Below are positions 22,946 to 35,880 of a stretch of DNA of 64,000 nucleotides, one piece after another. The notes beneath the pieces were generated by a model, which worked only from the letters and a program-made list of their open reading frames with translations, had not been told where the DNA came from and did no database searches. Source of the DNA: Macrostomum lignano (taxonomy: Eukaryota); NCBI GenBank assembly GCA_002269645.1, contig NIVC01002626.1, positions 1-64,000 of the forward strand, written 5' to 3'. Every line of letters starts with the position of its first letter. Within the stretch, counting starts at the first letter, position 1. Position numbers and translations under genes: made by a program.

Positions 22946-25469
22946 ATTTTAGCCACTGCGTTGTCTTTTGCATCTTCCGATGTCGCTCGTCTGTACACGA
23001 TTCCGAAGCCCAAACGCGATGTCGATAGACGCCGATCATGCAATTGATGTGCGTCGCTGATATATAGTTATGTTTGGATTACGCCGATGGCCGGATAACG
23101 ATCGAAGTCGTAAGTCGGCTTAATGTCGTTACAATAAAAATTAGCTCATTTTCCAGCGACGCTCGTGCATAGACGTCGAAAACGTCGGATTGCTGTATGT
23201 GGGGCAGAAGTACATGTGCATGCAGGCTAGCTTGTTCAAATCGATTGGTTTAATGTTTCCCGATGTGACATGTACATGTTTACATGTCTATGTATTCACG
23301 TTTGATGTGCTGCCCGCAGTTTTTTTAATGTTCCTTAACATAATCAAACATTAGTCTGCGTTGATAAAACTTTTTTAATTCATGCACATGTAAATCAGCT
23401 AATTGACTAAAAAATTGAAATTTTCGTTGTATACTATTATGAACAGTAATGTAGCAAATTAACACATTTGACTGTCACTATTTGAAAGCCGACTATTTTA
23501 CTATTTGATCGACGTACAGTTGAATCAATTGCATGTCGTCAAATGAAACACGACCGATTTATACGACCTATAGCGCTACTAGCTGCTTTGTAGATGTGTA
23601 TAGCGCATAATACATGTAAATGTAATTTTCACAACAGGTGAAAGTTTTTAGGCTAGATCGAAGTCCTTGAGCTGAGGCTAAAACAGAGGACCGCCAACTC
23701 TACACGGACGTAGCTGAGATATTCGTGAGAATTTGCCTTTTCAATGGCTGCGCTACTTTAAAATCATTAATTAAACATAAATTGATATCGGCGTATTAAA
23801 ATTTACTTACTACATGAGCTGTTAGAGTAAAAATTTATTTGTATTCTTAGGTTGAAATGTGCAGAATATGAACTACATGCCTACAAATTATAAGGTATTA
23901 CAACATGGACATGCAGTGCCTGTAGTGTATGCGAACGTACATGTACATGATATATAAGTATAAATTTACATGAATCTATAAAAATTCACATATGAATAAA
24001 GCAGATACTTTTTCATAGCTGTAATAGGGTAATGCTAGGGGATGAAGATGTGAGAATTTGTCATTTAGCTATGGTTACGCTTTGCCTTGAGCGTGCGTGA
24101 CTGAATATTTGAATTAAAAAAATTCTAAATGAAGATCAGCTAGGCTTTAAAAGAACGTGTATGGCGATAGTATTAAGTAAAAATAATCTGAAAATAAAGT
24201 TACAGTAGTTTTGCAGAATATAAAGTTAAAATTATGATACTATTTGTTTAGCTATCAAACGTTTCTTAGAATCGTTAATTTAAGTGGCGCTAATTTGACT
24301 GATTATTTTAATCATCGCGGACTTAATTTGTCGTACATGTCAGCAAACATTTTAATCCTTGACCGCAAAGTTGGAAATTCTCGATAAAAAAGTAATTAAA
24401 ATATTTATCAGTTAATAATATTAATAAAATCATTTCTTTTTTTCCAAACTTTCTAAGAAAAACAGGCATAAAATGTAGTCTTTAGTAGTGTTATGTTGAA
24501 GCTTTAACTTATTAATCTAGGAATATAAAGCCTAAATTTTCATAGTTGTAATAATATTTGACTGAAAGAATTATCATTTATCAGATTTATTTAAGCTTCG
24601 TCATCATGATATAATGCTCCTTACAAAATTTGTTTTAAATTTAAAATAGCTAATATTAATATTTTGTCTTCTAGTATATAATTAAACAAGAAATTACGCC
24701 CTAAACTCAGCGACTGTTTTTCTACCAGCGTATTGATGAACTTAATGTTTTTTATATTTTTGAGTCTGACCTCCTCTGTTTACATATATGTAAATAGCAA
24801 ATGTAAATAAAATCTACATTGTAATAAAACATATACTTTATATATTTTGAGAAAAAATACATCAACTTTTTCTTAATTTCATTTCAGATTTTACTATATG
24901 TGTCAAGATATTAATTATTATAAGATAAAACCCTTAAATTTTTTTATAGTTGGCGTATGTTTCTTTTCCTTTATCTAACTATTGCTAACTACATTGTTAA
25001 CTATTCTAGCATTAAGGTTTTAAGCTAGCTAGTATCTGAAAAAAAATCTTTATAGTCATTTTTTTATTTGAAGAAACTGTTTTTGAATCTACTATGTACT
25101 CCTATTATGAGACAAAATAATATTTGTTTAATTTTAAGCTTTATTAATATCTATTTGTCTAAATAGTGCCATAATCTATTTATAACAAATATTTCTAGCA
25201 TGTGTTGTTAAGTGGCTTCATTTTTATAAACAGTGTCTAATATGTCTCAAATCTTTGTTTAACCATAATCATTGAATATTTTTTTAATGGCAACATTGTC
25301 CAAATGTGGCTTTACCAAGTTTGAGATAGCAAAGAGCTATTTTATGTCGTGAAAAAAATATAGGTCAATTTTCTCTATACCTACGGTATTTATCAGTTGC
25401 GTTTTTGTTCAAATTGAAAGTGCACCACTAGTTTTTTTGTGATGATTTCTTAGAAAAAGGAGAGGATAT

Positions 25470-26322
25470 GACATTATGCAGAGATTTGGCAGGAACCGAA
25501 AAGATTTCAGCAAACAAACGTCAAGTCAGACGAGAGAGAGAGAGAGAGCCAGCCAGAGAGAAAGAGAGCCAGCCAGAGACAGCTTGGTAGAAAGAGACTG
25601 GAATGCAATTTACTTCCCAGAGCCTATTGGACTAGTATTTCAGATTCTGGGAAAGTGAAAATAGAAAGAGGGAATCTAAGAGAATCTCCGGCGCAGTTGG
25701 AAGGTTAAGGAAAACAGCAGGGGGCGGGAGGACGCGAACTCCTCCTGCTGCCAAGTTCCTTGCTTGGCACTTGGCCGCCCGGGCTTCTTGGCTGCTGCCC
25801 GCGCTGACTTGGGTTGCTATTGGCTGTTTCAAAAAGACCGAATGCGCACATTAGTTTTTTTCTCCTGCCAAGAAATAGCCAAGACTTAAAGAAAGAGGGA
25901 GAGAGAGAGAGGTGGGGTCGAGGCAAATGGGAATACGTGGCTCCTGCTACACGCGCAGTTTGATCAGGCGTGCCTCGGTACACTCACTGTCTGCACCATT
26001 GCGGCACGGCAACTGCTGACTGGAGACTCTTGTATCTGGGGCTGGTCACTTGGTATTCTTGGAGACAAGACTGCGGCTCTCATCTCCCGCCAGTTCTTGC
26101 ACACAACTCTCTCCCCTTGTGTGTGTGTGTGTGTGTGTGTGTTTGAAGGGGATGTGCCAAGGGTGCTAGCCGTCATCTTTTTTGGGTTGGGGAAGAATTT
26201 CCTCTGAGGAAAGGAAGCGATATAGACTGACTGACTGAGAGGGAGGGGAGGGACGAAGGGAAAGCGTGTTGGTTTTGGGGTTTTGGTGGGTTGGCTGGGC
26301 CGGTCGGGATGGGGTTTGTCAG

Positions 26323-26355
<33 letters not shown>

Positions 26356-26566
26356 TTTTTCCTTGCCGCCTACCCTTTGGAAATCCCCTGAAGCCGCCTT
26401 TGGTTTTTCGCTGCCATTCGCCGTTGCTCGTCTTTCAGCTCGGTCGTCTCTGTCGGCCCAACCCCGCCTCCCCACTCTCTCCCTCCCTCACCAACCCCGC
26501 AACCGGCTCGTTGGGATTTTCCCGGCCGTTCCCTCACAGGAGTAAAGAGACGAGAGCAGAGAGAAA
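25470..26566 (+). promoter_or_regulatory. Probable promoter / 5' UTR region of the FERM gene
   Basis: GC-richer, GA/CT/CA microsatellite-rich block after a long AT-rich tract, with a donor-like AAA|GTAAGT at 26566/26567 upstream of the first coding exon. The TSS cannot be determined. Confidence 0.4.
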
Positions 26567-26868
26567 GTAAGTACCAGCTACTAAGCCTTTTGTATGCTTT
26601 TAAATAGAAAACCTACTATCAGGTTCTGCTAATAATTAATTGGCTAATTAAGAAGCAATACGAAATTAATTTCAGCTGCCAGTGAAACTGTCAAAATAAT
26701 AAATATAAGAAACTTCAATAAGAAGCATTCGGTGGCTTACCCACCTTGTCAAGCTGTCAGGCATGACCTACTAGAAGCCCTCACGAGACCGGACCGAACT
26801 ACGGACTGCAGGGTCTTCCGAATATACAGCAATCTGAGTCTGACAGAAAACTGTCGAGTATTTTGAAA

Positions 26869-26994
26869 ATGTCGGAGAGTCGTAAAACTCCGCCAACTTC
26901 GCCGAGACGCGGCGGAGGCGGCAGCGGCGGCGGGAAGACACTCACCGTCAAAGTGGTGATGCTGGATGACACCGTGAATTCGTTTCAAGTTCCG
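26869..26994 (+). CDS. FARP: FERM gene coding exon 1 (MSESRK...VKVVMLDDTVNSFQVP), start of FERM-N
   Basis: ATG at 26869; FERM-N signature V-x-x-L-D-D; donor GTAAGA at 26995, phase 0. Confidence 0.85.
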
Positions 26995-27086
26995 GTAAGA
27001 CTTGAGGCTTCTCAATTTTCATTTTTTGGTTCTAGAATCTATTTGGAATTTTAAAATATTGACTCATTGATTAATTGTTTGAAAAC

Positions 27087-27760
27087 GATGATTCAGGATC
27101 TGGATTTGACGATTCAGGATCTGGATTGATGGTTCAGGATCTGGATTTGACGATTCAGGATCTGGATTTGATGATTCAGGATCTGGATTGTTGGTTCAGG
27201 ATCTGGATTTCATCACTCAGGATCTGGATTGATGATTCAGGGTCTGGATTGATGATTCAGGATCTGGATTTGATGATTCAGGATCTGGATCTGACGATTC
27301 AGGATCTGGATTTGACGATTCAGGATCTGGATTTGACGATTCAGGATCTGGATTTGACGATTCAGGATCTGGATTTGACGATTCAGGATCTGGATTTGAC
27401 GATTCAGGATCTGGATTGATGCTTCAGGATCTGGATTTGATGATTCAGGATCTGGATTGATGATTCAGGATCTGGATCTGACGATTCAGGATCTAGATTT
27501 GATGATTCAGGATCTGGATTTGACGATTCAGGATCTGGATTTGACGATTCAGGATCTGGATTGATGATTCAGGATCTGGATTGATGATTCAGGATCTGGA
27601 TTGATGATTCAGGATCTGGATTGATGCTTCAGGATCTAGATTTGATGATTCAGAATCTGGATTGATGATTCAGGATCTAGATTTGACGATTCAGGATCTG
27701 GATTGATGCTTCAGGATCTAGATTTGATGATTCAGAATCTGGATTGATGATTTTGAATCT
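27087..27760. repeat. 20/21-bp minisatellite (GATTCAGGATCTGGATTTGAC), decaying to about 27910
   Basis: Direct tandem periodicity, about 32 copies. Confidence 0.95.
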
Positions 27761-29052
27761 GGATTTGGTGATTTCAAATCTAGATTTGATGATTCAGGAA
27801 CTGAACTCTCAAAGATTCACTGTATGTATTCAATGATTCACAATCTGAATTTGATGATTCACAATCCGGATTTGTTAATTCCAGTTTGGGATTTGATGAA
27901 TCCGGATCTGAACTTAGGGATTAAGGCTATTAAATTGATTAATCAGGCTCCAGAATCTGTGCTTTGAGGACTAAATAAGTATATACGTTTGAAGTTCTGA
28001 ATGATATTGCTTGAGTTAAAAATACAACGATTCATTATCCGAATTCGCATTGCGCAGATTGCGCAGTCTAAATAAGCTGTGCACCGCAAATTTACAAGGT
28101 TAGCAAATTTGTATTGCCCTATACTTGAGTAAATCGTATAAAAACATCAGTTCCTAGTGCTTAGCATCAGGTACTTGATGCATTTCTATATATGCATATA
28201 TGACTGCATGCCCTATTCCTAATCCTATCTTTAAGGAAGGAGAGAAAGGGGAGAGAGGGAGGCCCACTTTATAAGCCGAAGCAGCTCCTAAAGACGTCTT
28301 GTTGTGGCGGGAGGGCAGTTAGGAGGGGAGCGTCGACCATCGATTGATGTTGGTTAGTTGAGCTATCTTCTCTGCCTCAACTCCGAGGCCTGTAGACGCA
28401 TTGGGTTGCTCCCCATCCTCTCTACTCCCTCTCCCCCTCTCTCTCTACTTTCTCTCCCCTCTCTCCAGTCGCTTTGGCCACTTTACTTTTCTGCTTAATT
28501 GAATTCTTTCCAGTCCAGTTCAGCCAGCGTTGGGCCAGGTTTTTTATATATGTATATATAGCTATGTCTTGTAGCTGGGGGACTGGAGCCGCTCACTTAG
28601 GCCTTTACTGTAGCAACTGCTAAGTCTAGGTAAGTCGTAAGGCCAACATTTTTATGCTTGCCAGGGGAGTTGAAGCCAGCTGAGGGGGGGGGGCGTTTAA
28701 CCGATCTACTGAGGGGCTAAACACTTTTTTAGGATCAAAGATTCTTTGAAAGCTTGAGAATTGGCGCCATCGTTCCAGATTGATCGATTCGACAATTGGG
28801 TGGCGGGGGCTTATAGCTGGGCCTGTCTGTCCGGTTTCTGTCCGAGCGCATGCTCTTTTGTCAATATGTCTGTCTGCGTCTGACCGGCTGTGTGCTGTCC
28901 GGGCTTCCAGTTTCGATTCTGTCCAACCGCTGTAGGACCAGAGTTGCCACTTTGTCAATCAATATATTGTCGTTCGATCGATACCAATGCTTGGAATTAG
29001 TCCTTTTGAGAATGCTCTTCTGAACCTGTCAATCAATTCGTCAATCATCTAA

Positions 29053-29523
<471 letters not shown>

Positions 29524-30045
29524 ATGAACGCATGCTATGACTACAAAGCAAGTGCCAATTCTCAGCCGCCTGTTCGAGTTCTCATTAGAATTTCTCTAGC
29601 TTTCTTCCTTCACCGGTCCAAGCGCCCCAACCCCCTGATTTATGCCCGCCCTCCAGTCGAGAAGTCGCTGCAAGCTTGAATGTGTCACTAAATAATTGGC
29701 AGTTGTTAAGAGTAGAAAATGTCAGCCAATGTCACTAAGAGGAGCTTTCGGCTTCTGCAACTGCCGGAGAAGGACTTTTGCCGCATTCTTGGCATTTCTT
29801 GCTTCTATTGAAAGATTTCTGCCGTGTAGACACGAGTATATTTTACATAGTTATAAATTAATATTTTAGTGATGTATATAATATTTATCTAAAAGTTTTA
29901 CCGACACAACTGTTAATCATTCGTTAGGCACTTCGCTTACCACCTACACCCGTTCAAAATTTGGCGTATCGCATACTTGAATGAAGAAAATCAATATGGC
30001 ATATAGCTTGATGCTGGCGCCCCTTGATGCCGGCGCCCCATAGTA

Positions 30046-30470
30046 ACCCCAAGATGGCAACCCCAAGATGGCAACCCCAAGATGGCAACCCCAAGATGAC
30101 AACCCCCAAGATATCAACACCCAAGATGGCAACCCTCAGGATGGCAACCCCCAAGATGGCAACCCCCAAAATGGCAACCCCAAGATGGCAATCCCCAAGA
30201 TGGCAACCCCCAAAATGGCAACCCCAAGATGGCAACCCTCAAGATGGCAACCCTCAAAATAGCAACACTCAAGATGGCAACCCTCAAGATGACAACCCCC
30301 AAGATGACAACCCTAAGATGACATACAAAGATAGCATAGCAACCCCAAGATGGCAATCCCCAAGATTACAACCCTCAAGATGGCAAACCCCAAGATTACA
30401 ACTCTCAAAATGGCAACCCCCAAGATGACAGCCCCCAACATGACAACCCCCGAGATGGCAACCCCCAAGA
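30046..30470. repeat. 14/15-bp minisatellite (AACCCCAAGATGGC), flanked by GGCGCCCC motifs
   Basis: Tandem periodicity; possibly the interior of a non-autonomous element, but no ends could be defined. Confidence 0.9.
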
Positions 30471-30511
30471 TTGTGGCCCCACATTGGCGCCCCTTAAAGA
30501 CGCGGCCACCC

Positions 30512-30600
30512 AGTTAAAGTTAAAGTTAAAGTCCCATAGCTACGCCCATGGTGAGTTGCCGCTATTTCAGTTAGGTCAGATCACCTTCGATCTCTGGGCA
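30512..30600 (-). mobile_element. Possible retroposon 3' tail ending in (CTTTAA)3
   Basis: Minus strand ends GCTATGGGACTTTAACTTTAACTTTAAC, a short tandem-repeat tail of the type seen on RTE/L2-type elements. No family match was possible. Confidence 0.3.
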
Positions 30601-30986
30601 AACAGTCTTGTGTGCACTGTACACGCGTGAGACAAGATTTCCATTTTTTAATTTAATATCTAACTTTCCCTGGTTTTAAGCGCAGCCAATGCAAATGAAT
30701 TGCTTGCTTTTCATTGCGTCTTCCTTTTGCCTCTGCTACGGACTGTTGTAATCAGATCCTGCCAATTTCTTATTGGGCTAGGAAGTCTACTCGGCAGTAG
30801 AAATTGTTTTCAATGTTACCCTTTGGCCTAGCAACTGGTGTAGCGATGCCTGTCAAGTGTTTTCTTTCTAGTTGGCTGCCTTTTGCGTGTTTCCTTGGCT
30901 TGGGGGGATTGGTCTCGGTTGGACTGGCTGGGCGAGACTGACTGTTTTCTGCATGGGCTGGGAGATTTCTCCCATTTTGCTTTTTA

Positions 30987-30987
30987 C

Positions 30988-31038
<51 letters not shown>

Positions 31039-31083
31039 GTGTCTGTGTGTCTGTCTGTCTGTGTGTCTGTCTGTGTGTCTGTG

Positions 31084-31168
<85 letters not shown>

Positions 31169-31219
31169 GCCTGTCTGTCTGTCTGTCTTAGTGTCTGTCT
31201 TAGTGTCTGTCTGTCTGCC

Positions 31220-31250
<31 letters not shown>

Positions 31251-31267
31251 GTGTCTGTGTGTCTGTG

Positions 31268-31316
<49 letters not shown>

Positions 31317-31431
31317 GCCTGTCTGCCTGTCTGTCTGTCTGTATGTCTGTCTTTCTGTCTGTCTGTCTGTCTGTCTGCCTGTCTGTCTGTCTGTCTGTCT
31401 GCCTGTCTGTCTGTCTGTCTGTCTGTCTGCC

Positions 31432-31470
<39 letters not shown>
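30987..31470. repeat. (CTGT)n microsatellite
   Basis: Tetramer array with CTGC/GTGT interruptions. Confidence 0.98.
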
Positions 31471-31815
31471 GTAGTATATCACCATATGTAAACGCCATAA
31501 GCCTACATACAGTTCTTGCTGGCCTAACAATTGCAATAACGACAAGTCAGTGTTATTAAATAAAAGTGCAAGTTCATCCAGGCAGATTCGTGCAGTTTTG
31601 AATGCGGCTCTGGCATCGGGGCCGGGCCCGCCCTCTGCTCAGCCATTATTAAGATTTTGTCACGCACCGCCAATTATCTCAGATATTTGTGACCGATTGA
31701 GCAATCTATTGTTTGATTATTTCAATTCTGGCAGTAAAATTTCGCGGTATTCTCGGGCAAAAAAATAATCCTGTTTCATTTGCGCATCAGTTCTTCTGCT
31801 TTTTTAATTCGGCAG

Positions 31816-31920
31816 TCTCGAGTTGCTGGCCAGGAACTTTTCAACGCTGTTGTTAAGAAGCTCAAACTGCTCGAGATCGACTATTTCGACTTGGAGTTCC
31901 TCTCTAAAGAAGGTCGCCAG
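31816..31920 (+). CDS. FARP: FERM gene exon 2 (SRVAGQELFNAVVKKLKLLEIDYFDLEFLSKEGRQ)
   Basis: CAG acceptor and GTAAGT donor; 105 nt, phase 0/0; FERM-N motif GQ-L...L-L-E-DYF-L-F. Confidence 0.93.
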
Positions 31921-32009
31921 GTAAGTGATACCACACCTACTTTTGCTTAGAGAGGAGGAGAGGGTAGTGAGGAAGAAGTGGAGTGGATAAAGAGGAGGAG
32001 AGGGTAGGG

Positions 32010-32146
<137 letters not shown>

Positions 32147-32348
32147 GTAGTGAAAGAGAAGTATAGTGAATAGAGGAGGAGAGGGTAGGGAGAGAGAAGT
32201 AGAGTGGATAGAAAGGGAGAAAAAAGCAGAGAGGCAGAGTAAATAAACAATTGCTGAGAGTAAAAGCTAAGAGTTAATTTTTTTAAAAGCAGTACAGTAA
32301 GTAGGAAAATAAACGTCAACAAAGTCATAAAATAAAAGTTTCTTTCTA

Positions 32349-32386
32349 GCCAACGCGTTTCGTCAAACACAAGACGTCGTTAGGGC
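32349..32386 (-). ncRNA. Minimal type I hammerhead ribozyme motif (PLE type), core G5>A
   Basis: Minus strand GCC-CUAACGA-C-GUC-UUGUGUUU-GAC-GAAAC-GC-GU-U-GGC. Confidence 0.7.
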
Positions 32387-32739
32387 AAATTCAATTAACC
32401 TTAATTCACAACAGCAATATATTTAAGCAAAACAAACTGTACAGTCCAAATGCGGGTCAAAAAAGTCCCGGTAGAATTTCAAAAGTGCCAAGCAAGCTGC
32501 ACATTCAAGTTGGGTTTGTGCATTCTGATATACGAAGCTTCAATAATCTTAAGCTTATGGTCAAATTTGCACCCATCCAGCACTTTAAAGAGCTGAATCG
32601 GTTCACTGTCAAAACATTTTTTACAAACAAGCAGATGGTCATTAATCGCAGACTGATATACTGTTTTGACCCACCTTTGGACTGTTTTGTTTGTTTTGCT
32701 TAAATATATTGGTGTTGTGAATTAAGGTTAGTTAAATTT

Positions 32740-32777
32740 GCCCTGACAACGTCTTGTGTTTGACGAAACGCGTTGGC
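32740..32777 (+). ncRNA. Minimal type I hammerhead ribozyme motif (PLE type), core G8>A
   Basis: GCC-CUGACAA-C-GUC-UUGUGUUU-GAC-GAAAC-GC-GU-U-GGC. Confidence 0.7.
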
Positions 32778-33448
32778 TAGAAAGAAAATTTTATTTTTGT
32801 TTTTGTTGACGTTTATTTTCCTACTGGTAGAGCATCAGAGGAGGAGGGAGTTAATGCACATCTACTAGTATTGTTGCCCATTCTTACACTCGTATCTGTC
32901 CAGGCAAATCGTCAGATTAATGATATGGTATGCAATTTTCTATTTGAAAGTTCATCAGAAATTTGAGCTAAATGTAGTCAAATACTGTATCGTCATAGTC
33001 TGTTTTGTTACGTTGTTATTAATACCGTTATATAGATATGATCTATCTATTAAAAGTATGATTTTATCCGAGCCAATATAGCAGCAGGTTAGACACCTCA
33101 TAATTCTCTATGCCTATGCGGTGCGCCCAGATGACAGATGATAGCCACTTGCATGGTTGGCTAGTCATAAATAATCCACAATCCAAGCCCCAGCGGGCAG
33201 ATCCGCTTCTGGTTCTTATCAGGCACCACCCGGGCTCCCTCCCACTGTGGCATAATCAATTAATACAATATCTTAGATACTTGAAGGGGAGAGTGATTGT
33301 TCGAGTGTGTGTGTGTGCGCTAGATGCATTCTCTGTACTATATATCTGTGGCACTTATATTATTGTGCTTATTGTTAGTTGGATAATAAACATACTGTTG
33401 CTGAATAGTCTGTTTTGTGTCTTGTTTCATTTTATGTGCATTAATAGG

Positions 33449-34852
33449 TACAGAGTGACAGGGTTACAGACTGGCAGGGTTACAGACTGACAGGGTTACA
33501 GACTGACAGGGGTTGCAGAGTGACAGGGTTACAGACTGACAGGGTACAGACTGACAGGGTACAGACTGACCGGGTACAAATTGACAGGGTACAGACTGAC
33601 AGGGTACAGACTGACAGGGTACAGACTGACAGGGTACAGACTGACAGGGTACAGACTGACAGGGTTACAGACTGACAGGGGTTGCAGACTGACAGTGTTA
33701 CAGACTGACAGGGTTACAGACTGGCAGGGTTACAGACTGACAGGGTTACAGACTGACCGGGTACAGACTGACAGGGTACAGACTGACCGGGTACAAATTG
33801 ACAGGGTACAGACTGACAGGGTTACAGACTGACAGGGGTACAGACTGACAGGGTACAGACTGACAGGGTACAGACTGACAGGGTACAGACTGACAGGGGT
33901 TGCAGACTGACAGGGGTTGCAGACTGACCGGGTTACAGACTGACAGGGGTTGCAGACTGACAGGGGTTGCAGACTGACAGGGTTACAGACTGACAGGGGT
34001 TGCAGACTGACAGGGGTTGCAGACTGACAGGGGTTGCAAACTGACAGGGGTTGCATACTGACAGGGTACAGACTGACAGGGGTTGCAGACTGACAGGGTT
34101 ACAGACTGACAGGGTACAGACTGACAGGGGTTGCAGACTGACAGGGTTACAGACTGACAGGGGTTGCAGACTGACAGGGGTTGCAAACTGACAGGGGTTG
34201 CATACTGACAGGGGTTGCAGACTGACAGGGGTTGCAGACTGACAGGGGTTGCAGACTGACAGGGTTACAGACTGGCAGGGTTACAGACTGGCAGGGTACA
34301 GACTGACAGGGTTACAGACTGGCAGGGTACAGACTGACAGGGGTTGCAGACTGACAGGGTACAGACTGACAGGGTACAGACTGACAGGGTTACAGACTGA
34401 CAGGGTACAGACTGACAGGGGTTGCAGACTGACAGGGTTACAGACTGACAGGGTACAGACTGACAGGGGTTGCAGACTGACAGGGTTACAGACTGACAGG
34501 GTACAGACTGACAGGGGTTGCAGACTGACAGGGGTTGCAGACTGACAGGGTTACAGACTGACAGGGTTACAGACTGACAGGGTTACAGACTGACAGGGTT
34601 ACAGACTGGCAGGGTACAGACTGACAGGGTTACAGACTGGCAGGGTACAGACTGACAGGGGTTGCAGACTGACAGGGTTACAGACTGACAGGGTACAGAC
34701 TGACAGGGTTACAGACTGGCAGGGTACAGACTGACAGGGGTTGCAGACTGACAGGGTTACAGACTGACAGGGTTACAGACTGGCAGGGTACAGACTGACA
34801 GGGGTTGCAGACTGACAGGGTTACAGACTGACAGGGTACAGACTGACAGGGT
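33449..34852. repeat. 15-17-bp minisatellite (ACAGGGTTACAGACTG)
   Basis: Tandem periodicity, about 88 copies, three length variants. Confidence 0.97.
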
Positions 34853-35155
34853 TATATATAGATTGATAGGGTTAAACACTGTCAGGTTTACAGGAGGACA
34901 TGGTTACAGAATGTTAGATTACAGAAAAACGTCTTGTTCGGACTGTCAGACTATAGACAGGTCTACGTGTTACAGACAAAAAGGTTTACTCACTAATTGG
35001 TTTAAAGACAGGTAGACAAAATGCTATGCAATAATTAGTGCTTACCTTGGCCATTAAATTTCAATTAGTTTACAGATTCAATTTTGTCTACGCTAGAAAT
35101 ACAATACATATATGCATTAGTGAAGCGAATTCATTTAACCTTCGCACCCCCTCAG

Positions 35156-35277
35156 TGCTGGCTAGATCACGAGAAAACGCTTCCAAAACAGTGCCCAGCC
35201 ACCATCGAGTTGATCTTCTACTTCTCCGTCAAGTTCTATCCACCAGATCCGCACCTGTTGGAGGACGAATACACCAG
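35156..35277 (+). CDS. FARP: FERM gene exon 3 (CWLDHEKTLPKQ...FSVKFYPPDPHLLEDEYTR)
   Basis: WLD and VKFYPPDP FERM motifs; CAG/GTGAGT boundaries; phase 0/2. Confidence 0.95.
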
Positions 35278-35354
35278 GTGAGTACGGCTAGTGCGGAGTT
35301 TCTTCAGTTGCAAAGGCCTATGTTTGACAAATTCTTGTCGTGTGTTTCTTTTAG

Positions 35355-35452
35355 ATTTCTGTTCGCTCTGCAAATCAAACGCGATTTGGTCAACGGCTTG
35401 TTGCCCTGCGCTGAGAACACTATGGCTCTGCTGGCCTCGTATTTGGTGCAGG
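35355..35452 (+). CDS. FARP: FERM gene exon 4 (FLFALQIKRDLVNGLLPCAENTMALLASYLVQ)
   Basis: FERM-M motifs; TAG/GTGAGC boundaries; phase 2/1; 77-bp upstream intron. Confidence 0.95.
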
Positions 35453-35484
35453 GTGAGCGATAACTGTCTTTTGGCTTTGAGTGG

Positions 35485-35880
35485 GGCACTTAGGGTTGGC
35501 TAAATGGCATTAGGGATTTCTGAGAATGGCACTTAGGGTTGGCTAAATGGCATTAGGGATTTCTGAGAATGGTACTTACGGTTGGATACATGGCATTAGG
35601 GATTTCTGAGAATGGCACTTAGGCTTGGATAAATGGCATTAGGGATTTCTGAGAATGGCACTTAGGCTTGGATAAATGGCATTAGGGATTTCTGAGAATG
35701 GCACTTAGGCTTGGATAAATGGCATTAGGGATTTCTGAGAATGGTACTTACGGTTGGATACATGGCATTAGGGATTTCTGAGAATGGCACTTAGGCTTGG
35801 ATAAATGGCATTAGGGATTTCTGAGAATGGCACTTAGGCTTGGATAAATGGCATTAGGGATTTCTGAGAATGGTACTTAC
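35485..35880. repeat. 43-bp minisatellite, about 9 copies, with up to two TTAGGG per unit
   Basis: Unit GGCACTTAGGGTTGGCTAAATGGCATTAGGGATTTCTGAGAAT; period 43 verified at 35485/35528. Confidence 0.95.

Larger units (their letters stand above)
32300..32825 (-). mobile_element. 5'-truncated Penelope-like element: GIY-YIG endonuclease C-terminus between two inverted about 162-bp pseudo-LTR copies
   Basis: Arms 32300-32462 and 32664-32825 are reverse complements. Minus strand 32652-32479 translates SAINDHLLVCKKCFDSEPIQLFKVLDGCKFDHKLKIIEASYIRMHKPNLNVQLAWHF*, matching the PLE pattern SAI..HL...C...F.VL...L.I.EA.YI...KP.LN.Q. Confidence 0.85.
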
